Positions 57,197-64,000 of a DNA stretch of 64,000 nucleotides are shown here, piece by piece. The stretch's first letter is position 1. Each line of letters opens with the position of its first letter. The DNA comes from Dehalococcoidia bacterium (GTDB lineage Bacteria; Chloroflexota; Dehalococcoidia; Lucifugimonadales; JADFKI01): positions 1,011,575 through 1,075,574 of the forward strand of contig OZ243964.1 in assembly GCA_965214635.1 (NCBI GenBank), given 5' to 3'. The position numbers and the translations under genes were made by a program. Below the pieces are notes generated by a model that had not been told where the DNA came from, ran no database searches, and was given only the letters and a program-made list of their open reading frames with translations.

Positions 57197-60166
57197 CTAA
57201 TTACAGCGAGGCAAACCCAACTCTGTCAAATCGTTTTCATCCACATCAAACAGACTATCTGCTACACAGCCCGTCAGTTGTGGGTTACCACTGAGTCGCA
57301 CCTCTGTCAGGTTATTAAGGTTGCCCAACTCTGAGGGTACCGTACCCGACAGCTGGTTGTTGTCGAGCCACAGGCTTGTCAAAGTAGAGATGTCTCCCAA
57401 CTGCGTGGGGATCGTACCTGTCAGCTGGTTTTCGCTGAGCCGCAGCCAGTCCAAGCTAGAAAGTCTGCCCAACTCCGAGGGTATCGCACCCGTCAACTGG
57501 TTTTCGTAGAGCGACAAATTTTCTAGCTTAGTAAGGTTGCCCAACTGCGAGGGTATCGCACCCGTCAACTGGTTTTCTCGGAGCGACAAAGTCAGCAGGT
57601 TAGTGAGCTTTCCAAACTCCGAGGGTATCTCACCCGTCAGGTTATTGCGATAGAGCCACAACCTTTGCAGGTTAGCAAGATCGCCCAACTCCGGTGGTAT
57701 CTCACCCGTCAGTCGGTTTTGTCGGAGCGCCAACTTTTGCAGGTTAGCAAGGCTGCCCAACTCCGAGGGTATTTCACCCGTCAGTCGGTTTTGTCGGAGT
57801 GACAACTCTGTCAGGTGAGTAAGGCTGCCCAACTCCGAGGGTATCTCACCCGTCAGCTTGTTTTGTTGGAGCACCAACTCTTTCAGGTTAGTAAGGTTGC
57901 TCAACTCCACTGGTATCTCACCCGTCAAACCAGCGTTAATCAGATCTAAGATTTCCACCCTATCTTCAGACCCTACCGTGCTGCCCACAGTCACACCGTC
58001 CCAATCTCGGATAGATATATCTGCCGACCAGTTCTCCACAGAACCGCCGCTCATAAGCGTGAACCGCGCCACCATCAGGTTCTCGCAGTCCGACACCAGC
58101 CCGGGGTTCGACTGCGGCTGCGGTACAACGGTGCCGTTGTAGCAGTCGGGTGTGGGCGTGTTCACAGGCGTCGGGGCAGGCGTATGCGTTGCGGTTGGCA
58201 CAGGTGTATGTGTTGCCGTTGGCGCAGGCGTGTTCGTTGCCGTCGGCACAGGTGTGTGCGTAGCCGTCGGAACGGGCGTATGCGTTGCCGTTGGCACAGG
58301 TGTGTGAGTAGCCGTCGGAACGGGCGTATGCGTTGCCGTTGGCGCAGGCGTGTTTGTTGCCGCCGGAACAGGCGTATGCGTTGCGGTTGGCTCAGGTGTG
58401 TGTGCTGCCGTCGGAACGGGCGTGTGCGTTGCCGTTGGCACAGGCGTATGCGTTGCGGTTGGCACAGGCGTCGGTGTCTCGGTCGGCGTCGGCGTGTGCG
58501 TTGCAGTTGGCGTGTATGTAGGTGTAGGCGTAGGCGTCTCGGTTGGCGTCGGCGTATGCGTTGCAGTTGGCACAGGTGTGTGCGTTGCAGTTGGCACAGG
58601 CGTCGGTGTCTCGGTCGGCGTCGGCGTGTGAGTTGCAGTTGGCGTGTATGTAGGTGTAGGCGTCTCGGTTGGCGTCGGCGTTGGAGTTGCGGTTGGCGTG
58701 TATGTAGGTGTAGGTGTAGGCGTCTCGGTTGGCGTAGGCGTCGGAGTAGCCGGCGGCCCGCCCACAGTCGTCGGAGTAGGCGTGGGGGTTACAGTTGGCG
58801 TGTATGTAGGTGTAGGCGTAGGCGTCTCGGTTGGCGTCGGCGTCGGGGTAGGCGTGTGAGTTGCCGTTGGCGTGTATGTAGGTGTAGGCGTCTCGGTTGG
58901 CGTTGGCGTCGGTGTCGGAGTTGCAATTGGTGTGTATGTAGGCGTCGGAGTTGAAGTTGCCGTGGGTGTAGGCAGCGGTGCGCGCCCAGGTGTCGGAGTA
59001 GGCGTGCGTGTCGAAGTTGCAGTCGGTGTAGCCGACGGCGCACCCCCTGGTGTCGGAGTAGGCGTGCGTGTCGAAGTTGCAGTCGGTGTAGCCGACGGTG
59101 CGCCCCCTGGTGTCGGAGTAGGCGACGGCGAAGCCCCAGGTGTCGGAGCAGGCGGCACTGGCGACGGCGAAGCCCCAGGTGTCGGAGCAGGCGGCACTGG
59201 CGACGGCGAAGCCCCGGGTGTCGGAGCGGGCGACGGCGAAGCCCCAGGTGTCGGAGCAGGCGGCACTGGCGACGGCGAACCCACAGGCGTCGGAATAGGC
59301 GGCACTGGCGACGGCGAACCCACAGGCGTCGGAGCAGGCGGCACTGGCGACGGCGAAGCCCCAGGTGTCGGAATAGGCGACGACACGCTCACAGGTGTTG
59401 GCGTGCGAACTGGTATTGGCGTCCGGGGGGACACTGCCCAAGGCGTCGGGGTGAAAGTTGGCCTAGGCGTGCGCGTCGGGTCATCGTCTTTGCTTCTGCG
59501 ACGAGGCTTTTTCGTAGCCGTAGGCTCGGGTGCGGGAGGTATAGTTGCTGTCGCCGTGCTTGTGGGGGTCGGCGTGGCTGTCGGTGTTACTGTGACCGTC
59601 GGTGTAGGCGTCAGCGTAACGGTCGGCGTGAGCGTAGGTGTGATTGTAACGGTTACGGTCGGTGTGAGTGTCTGCGTTACGACCATCGAAACGGGCGTCC
59701 GCGTCGGATCATCGTCGTCGTTACGCCTTGAAGTGGGGGTTTCAGTCGCCACTACTGTAGGGGCAGGCGTGGGTGCAGCCGTGGGCGGCGGCACAGGCGT
59801 GTCAGTCGGTACAGGTGTGGGTGCAGCGGTAGGCGGCACGGGTGCGGCAGTCGGTACGGGCGCGGGTGCAGCAGTGGGCGACACGGGTGTGTCAGTCGAT
59901 ACAGGTACGGATGCACCCGTAGGCGTCGCGGATGTATCGGTTGGTAAGGGCGTAGGGATAGCAGTTGCTTCTGAATCATCAGGCATGTCGGTTGATGCAG
60001 AATCAGACGCATCGGCTTCCGATACCACCGCAGCCACGATGGGCGTGGGCGTGGATGGCGGTAGCATCGGTCCACTGAAAAGGCCCATAGCCGCAGCAGT
60101 GCTAACGACCGCGCCGCTGAAAATTGCCAGTATACCCGCCATGGGGGATTCAACGAATTGGTTCAT
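57197..60166 (-). CDS. membrane-anchored/secreted protein with ~650 aa of Pro/Thr-rich tandem repeats and a C-terminal plant-type LRR domain
   Basis: N-terminal hydrophobic segment and long PT arrays. A Cys-capped N-terminal LRR cap ([23 protein letters not shown]) is followed by ~11 [15 protein letters not shown] repeats. The C-terminal cap is [26 protein letters not shown]. Confidence 0.85.
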   Translation of the reverse strand: MNQFVESPMAGILAIFSGAVVSTAAAMGLFSGPMLPPSTPTPIVAAVVSEADASDSASTDMPDDSEATAIPTPLPTDTSATPTGASVPVSTDTPVSPTAAPAPVPTAAPVPPTAAPTPVPTDTPVPPPTAAPTPAPTVVATETPTSRRNDDDDPTRTPVSMVVTQTLTPTVTVTITPTLTPTVTLTPTPTVTVTPTATPTPTSTATATIPPAPEPTATKKPRRRSKDDDPTRTPRPTFTPTPWAVSPRTPIPVRTPTPVSVSSPIPTPGASPSPVPPAPTPVGSPSPVPPIPTPVGSPSPVPPAPTPGASPSPAPTPGASPSPVPPAPTPGASPSPVPPAPTPGASPSPTPTPGGAPSATPTATSTRTPTPTPGGAPSATPTATSTRTPTPTPGRAPLPTPTATSTPTPTYTPIATPTPTPTPTETPTPTYTPTATHTPTPTPTPTETPTPTPTYTPTVTPTPTPTTVGGPPATPTPTPTETPTPTPTYTPTATPTPTPTETPTPTYTPTATHTPTPTETPTPVPTATHTPVPTATHTPTPTETPTPTPTYTPTATHTPTPTETPTPVPTATHTPVPTATHTPVPTAAHTPEPTATHTPVPAATNTPAPTATHTPVPTATHTPVPTATHTPVPTATHTPVPTATNTPAPTATHTPVPTATHTPAPTPVNTPTPDCYNGTVVPQPQSNPGLVSDCENLMVARFTLMSGGSVENWSADISIRDWDGVTVGSTVGSEDRVEILDLINAGLTGEIPVELSNLTNLKELVLQQNKLTGEIPSELGSLTHLTELSLRQNRLTGEIPSELGSLANLQKLALRQNRLTGEIPPELGDLANLQRLWLYRNNLTGEIPSEFGKLTNLLTLSLRENQLTGAIPSQLGNLTKLENLSLYENQLTGAIPSELGRLSSLDWLRLSENQLTGTIPTQLGDISTLTSLWLDNNQLSGTVPSELGNLNNLTEVRLSGNPQLTGCVADSLFDVDENDLTELGLPRCN
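58148..59440. repeat. in-frame coding tandem repeats (24-nt PTATHTPV units, ~60-nt [20 protein letters not shown] units, ~39-nt [13 protein letters not shown] units)
   Basis: Periodic near-identical DNA blocks are visible along 58170-59400, all within the PT region of CDS 57197..60166. Confidence 0.8.
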
Positions 60167-60249
60167 TTATCAACAAGTCCATGTTGACGGCAAGCGGTAA
60201 AGATTCTGCGCCCGAGAGATTCTAAATTGCGAAGGTGCGGTCGCCTGCC

Positions 60250-60720
60250 CTACAACGCACCCACCAGAATCACAATCACCGCCATCGGCGGATAGAACAC
60301 CGCTAAGGAGGATATGAACATCGACCGCACAAGCCCGTTGCGCGGGTTTTTCCTTTGTTCCGAAGTGTCCATAGAGTAGTTAATGTCATCTTCATCTACA
60401 TGCCGCACCTGCTCGTGCAGTGCGCGGAACAGCCGCTCCTGCGATTGGAAGTGTGCGTCGAGCAGCCAGAACCCCAACACTGGCAAGCAGATGGCGAAAA
60501 TCGGAAGCGATGCTATGGTGTCCGAGTTGCTCACAAACAAGCCCAGCAGCGTTGCTGCAAGGATTATCGTCCAGCCCTTCAGCAGGATGGAGTTGTTCTC
60601 CAAGCGGTCTATGCTGCGTTGGATGAACTCCAGATGCTTCGGCTTGTGTACATCCATAACCATATTGATGGTCTGTCCATTTACCGTATCGCGCCCTTCT
60701 CGCTCCGTTGTGGCTATCAT
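60250..60720 (-). CDS. hypothetical membrane protein (3-4 TM)
   Basis: ORF with hydrophobic segments (GWTIILAATLLGLFV, LPIFAICLPVLGFWLL, SSLAVFYPPMAVIVILVGAL). No domain recognised. Confidence 0.5.
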   Translation of the reverse strand: MIATTEREGRDTVNGQTINMVMDVHKPKHLEFIQRSIDRLENNSILLKGWTIILAATLLGLFVSNSDTIASLPIFAICLPVLGFWLLDAHFQSQERLFRALHEQVRHVDEDDINYSMDTSEQRKNPRNGLVRSMFISSLAVFYPPMAVIVILVGAL

Positions 60721-60999
60721 GAAATCACCTCACGCTTTGAGACTTCTGAAACAGGTAATTTTCACTTGTGTGCGTCAGGGGAAAACTTCAGACTATAAGT
60801 CGAAAGCGCTCCCACCTTCCTAGCGTTAACATTATCACAACTTGAAGGCGTTGCGCATCTGATTTGACTATAATATATAGTGGATTTTGTGGTAATTTCC
60901 TATGCACTAAGCACACCCACTCAACATATAACACCTGCGAGCCTTCTATCTTGAATCGACCATCCATGCCGTCTAACCAAATATTGCGCTGCAGCGTTG

Positions 61000-61029
61000 T
61001 TGAAGATGATGCGGTTTTGCGCCTATAAT
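61000..61029 (+). promoter_or_regulatory. candidate sigma70-type promoter of the ABC operon
   Basis: TTGAAG-N18-TATAAT about 70 nt upstream of ATG 61098. Confidence 0.4.
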
Positions 61030-61097
61030 TCTAGGTGTCGTGGGCATGCATCGTCGGGCGGGCGCACTGCATCTTAACATGGCGGAGGCATCCGGAT

Positions 61098-62144
61098 ATG
61101 GCAGCTAGCAAGAACACAGGCAAGGGCGTAGCCGAGCGCAGCGGGAACAACGACGCTCGCTCCTCGGATTTCAGCATTGAGGTCAACGGTGTGTCGAAGT
61201 TCTTCGGCGCGCTGACGGCGGTCAACAGCCTGAGCTTCAATGTCAAAAAGGGCGAGGTTGTCGGGTTCCTGGGGCCAAACGGCTCCGGCAAGACCACCAC
61301 GATGCGCATGCTCACATCGTTCTATACGCCGGATGTGGGGAGCATCAACATCGATGGGATGGACACGAAGGAAAACGACATCTCCACCCGCAAGAGCATC
61401 GGCTACCTGCCGGAGAACAACCCCGTCTATGCCGACCTGCTGGTGAGCGAATACCTCGACTTCGTGTCCGACCTGCGCGGGCTGACCAAGCAGGGGCGCA
61501 AAGAGAACATAGCCACAACGGTGGAAGAGACGGGCTTGCAAGATGTGTACAGCCGTCCCATAGGGCAGCTCTCCAAGGGCTACAAGCAGCGCGTGGGGCT
61601 GGCGCAGGCTATTGTGCATCGCCCGTCGATCCTGATACTGGACGAACCCACTGAGGGGCTTGACCCCAACCAGCGCCTCACCATCCGCGACCTCATCCGC
61701 TCGCTAGGGCAAGACCGCACGGTGATGCTCAGCACGCATGTCATGCAGGAAGTGGAGAACACCTGCGAGCGCATCCTGCTCATCAGCAGGGGCAGGCTAG
61801 TTGCAGACAGCCCGGTGAACGAGCTTCTGCAGCGTGCGCGGGGCATCCGCAGCGTGCATATAGAGGTTGAGGGCAACGAGGTGGAGCGTGCGCTGGCGGG
61901 CATGCCGGGAGTGGGCGACATAGAGCGCGGCGAACCCAACGAGGGGCGGAAGCGCTACATCGTAACCGCGGACGACGAGGCGATAGACCTGCGCCCCGCT
62001 ATCTTCGATCTCGCCAAGAGGCGCAATTGGACGCTCTGGGAACTTCACGAGGACAGGGCGCGGATGGAGGATGTGTTCTACTCGCTCACGGCAGACGGAC
62101 AGCAAATTTCACTCGCAGATGAAACGGCAGCAAGCGACGAATAG
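61098..62144 (+). CDS. ABC transporter ATP-binding protein (GldA-like)
   Basis: Walker A GPNGSGKTTT, signature LSKGYKQR, Walker B ILILDEP. ATG 61098 is preceded by GGAGG (the track ORF starts at 61035). Confidence 0.9.
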   Translation: MAASKNTGKGVAERSGNNDARSSDFSIEVNGVSKFFGALTAVNSLSFNVKKGEVVGFLGPNGSGKTTTMRMLTSFYTPDVGSINIDGMDTKENDISTRKSIGYLPENNPVYADLLVSEYLDFVSDLRGLTKQGRKENIATTVEETGLQDVYSRPIGQLSKGYKQRVGLAQAIVHRPSILILDEPTEGLDPNQRLTIRDLIRSLGQDRTVMLSTHVMQEVENTCERILLISRGRLVADSPVNELLQRARGIRSVHIEVEGNEVERALAGMPGVGDIERGEPNEGRKRYIVTADDEAIDLRPAIFDLAKRRNWTLWELHEDRARMEDVFYSLTADGQQISLADETAASDE

Positions 62145-62147
62145 CAG

Positions 62148-64000
62148 ATGCGGTCATTCCTAGCGCTCATACGAAAAGACCTAAAGGGCTACTTCGACCA
62201 GCCTACTGGGTACATCCTCATCGTGGTGTTCCTCGTACTGCTGGCGTGGTCGTTCTTCCGCTCGGCGTTCCTAACATCGGAAGCGTCGCTGCGCCCGCTG
62301 TTCACGGTGGACTTTGCGGTGGAAAGCCCGTCCATCCCGTGGCTGTTGGCGCTGTTCGTTCCCGCCGCCACGATGCGGCTGCTTGCGGAAGAGCAGCGCG
62401 ATGGCACGCTGGAGATCCTGCTGACGCAACCGATACAAGGCTGGATAATACTGCTGGCGAAGTTCACCGCCGGGCTAGTATTCGTAGTAGTGGCGATTGC
62501 GTCCACACTGGGCATCCCGATTTCGCTGACCACTGCGGGCAACCTCGACTGGGGCGCAATCGTGGCGCAGTACATAGGCAGCGTGTTCTTGGCGGCGGCG
62601 CTGGTGTCCATCGGGCTGTTCACATCGAGCCTGACGCGCAATCAGATAGTGTCATTCATACTGGGGCTGTTCGTAACGCTGATTCTGATGCTGGTGGGCT
62701 TGGACGCTGTGGGCGTAACGCTGCCGGCGCAGATTGCCACCCTGCTGCAATCGTTAAGCCCGGTTACGCACTTTTCCAGCATCGCGCGCGGCGTGATAGA
62801 CCTGCGCGATGTGCTCTACTTCGTGGCGCTGGTGTCCACATTCTTGAGCGCAACCTTCCTGAGCGTGCGCGGCAGAACGCTGAGCCATCGCACCATCCAA
62901 TACCGCAACCTGCAGCTCGGCACGGCAGCGCTCATCGTGCTGAGCGTGCTGGTGGGCTGGTTCGGAAACGCGGTGCAGGGGCGGCTAGACCTGACAGCAG
63001 ACAAGATATTCACGCTGAGCAACGGCACGGAGCAGATACTCGGCGGGCTTGACGACCTGCTGACGATTGAGCTTTACGAATCGAGCGAGCCGCCCGTGCA
63101 AGTTGACCTCGTGGCGCGGGACATCAACGACTTTCTGGACGACCTCGCCGCAAACTCCGGCGGGAGTGTCGCGCTGGTGCATCGCTATCCGGACAGCGAC
63201 CCGGACGATGCGCGCAAGGCGCAGCTAGCCGGCGTGCCGTCCGTGCAGTTCAATGTGCAGACGCCCAACGGCTTGGAAATCAAGAACGGCTTCCTAGGAA
63301 TGGCAATGACCTACGCTGACAGGCGCGAGGTCATCCCCTACATCCGCTCCATCGACGGGTTCGAGTATCGCGTTGCCACGCTCGCCTACAACATGCTGCA
63401 GCAAGATGCTCAAAAGAAGACCATCGCCTTCCTCGGCGGGCACGGCGAACGGTCGCCGCAAGAGAACTTCAGCGGCTTGGCGGGACTGCTGGCGCAGCAG
63501 TACACCCTAGCAGAAGTGGTGTCCAACGCTGAACAGCCGCTCGACCTCACCGGTGTGGATGTGCTGATAGTGGCTGGCCCAACGCAGCGGATGACGACGG
63601 AAGAGTACGACACGCTGCACGCATTCTTGCAGCGCGGCGGCAAGATGTTGGCGCTGGTGGACCCGGTGGTGATTGACTTGCAGCGGTTCGCCGCCATCCC
63701 CAACCAGTTCCATTTTGGCGATTTCTTGGAGCGCTACGGCGTGCTAGTAGAGGACAATCTAGTGTTCGATGTGCGCTCCAATGAGACGGTGCCGTTCCCG
63801 TCTCAGAGTGGGGGCACGGTGATGCTGCCCTACCCATACTGGCCGCGCGTGCCTACGGTGGACCGCAAGGTAGCGGGCGATGTGGAGACGGCGCTGCTAC
63901 CTTGGACAAGCTCGCTCGGCATCAGCGAATCCGCAGTAGGCAGGGTGGAAGTCATCCCGATTATGCGCACATCGCCCTACGCAGCGGCGGACTACGCATA
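62148..64000 (+). CDS. fused ABC-2 permease (GldF-like) and GldG-like auxiliary domain; partial, runs off the window
   Basis: Hand translation from ATG 62148 is open to the window end. It begins MRSFLALIRKDLKGYF...EEQRDGTLEILLTQP (ABC-2), then a TM segment, then RLDLTADKIFTLS...KKTIAFLGGHGE...VLIVAGP (GldG-like). It is absent from the ORF track because no stop is reached. Confidence 0.8.
   Translation, partial: MRSFLALIRKDLKGYFDQPTGYILIVVFLVLLAWSFFRSAFLTSEASLRPLFTVDFAVESPSIPWLLALFVPAATMRLLAEEQRDGTLEILLTQPIQGWIILLAKFTAGLVFVVVAIASTLGIPISLTTAGNLDWGAIVAQYIGSVFLAAALVSIGLFTSSLTRNQIVSFILGLFVTLILMLVGLDAVGVTLPAQIATLLQSLSPVTHFSSIARGVIDLRDVLYFVALVSTFLSATFLSVRGRTLSHRTIQYRNLQLGTAALIVLSVLVGWFGNAVQGRLDLTADKIFTLSNGTEQILGGLDDLLTIELYESSEPPVQVDLVARDINDFLDDLAANSGGSVALVHRYPDSDPDDARKAQLAGVPSVQFNVQTPNGLEIKNGFLGMAMTYADRREVIPYIRSIDGFEYRVATLAYNMLQQDAQKKTIAFLGGHGERSPQENFSGLAGLLAQQYTLAEVVSNAEQPLDLTGVDVLIVAGPTQRMTTEEYDTLHAFLQRGGKMLALVDPVVIDLQRFAAIPNQFHFGDFLERYGVLVEDNLVFDVRSNETVPFPSQSGGTVMLPYPYWPRVPTVDRKVAGDVETALLPWTSSLGISESAVGRVEVIPIMRTSPYAAADYA

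Noticed and set aside
58184-60200. Plus-strand ORFs (256 aa R/C-rich, 442 aa G/V-rich) and the regular DNA repeats, considered as possible genes or a CRISPR-like array
   Set aside because: They are antisense readings of the in-frame Pro/Thr coding repeats of the LRR protein. The repeats have no unique spacers of constant length and no nearby cas genes.

Overview
This is a GC-rich bacterial window. The gene content and plant-type LRR/PT-repeat proteins suggest a Chloroflexota-like, possibly host-associated, organism, but that is only an inference. All domain calls come from reading motifs by eye; no HMM, BLAST or folding was run. The window has two parts. (1) Positions 1 to about 15.4 kb are an accessory, defence-type island that ends at the 3' end of a tRNA-Lys(CTT) gene. 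From the left it holds a decayed Mod-like methyltransferase and a possible nuclease remnant. Next is an intact SIR2 gene (700 aa) followed by a 608-aa all-helical repeat gene. Then comes a type I R-M operon (hsdM, 174-aa ORF, DUF1863-type TIR, hsdS) joined by ATGA overlaps and an internal SD. Its hsdS is cut after one target-recognition domain and joined to what looks like the last ~65 codons of hsdR. Further right are a frameshifted, orphan Cap2-like E2-E1 fusion abutting a one-ended IS fragment, and an LRR/PT-repeat gene truncated by a ~1 kb IS. An IS1-family element with a perfect 9-bp target duplication sits directly against that IS end. (2) Positions ~17 to 64 kb are mostly core genes. 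These include acyl-CoA/TPP enzymes, birA, SDRs, an MFS transporter, comDE-like decarboxylase subunits, a DUF433/DUF5615 TA pair and fabI. There is also a PspC/LiaF-type envelope-stress cluster, secG, gatB, purN/purF and a copper cluster (CopC-CopD-cytochrome c fusion plus His-rich secreted proteins). The remainder is HNH, cvpA, truB-rbfA-infB-ylxR-nusA, an XDH-family Mo enzyme, groEL, a 989-aa LRR/PT-repeat protein and a GldA/GldF-GldG-like ABC system. The most unusual non-genic signal is a ~2.8 kb block (14186-16980) with extreme strand asymmetry: the plus strand is C/A-rich and almost lacks G. Two opposite-strand genes inside it show mirror-image third-codon-position usage. The best candidates for an undescribed system are the TIR+174-aa pair wired into the type I R-M operon and the adjacent SIR2+helical-repeat pair.
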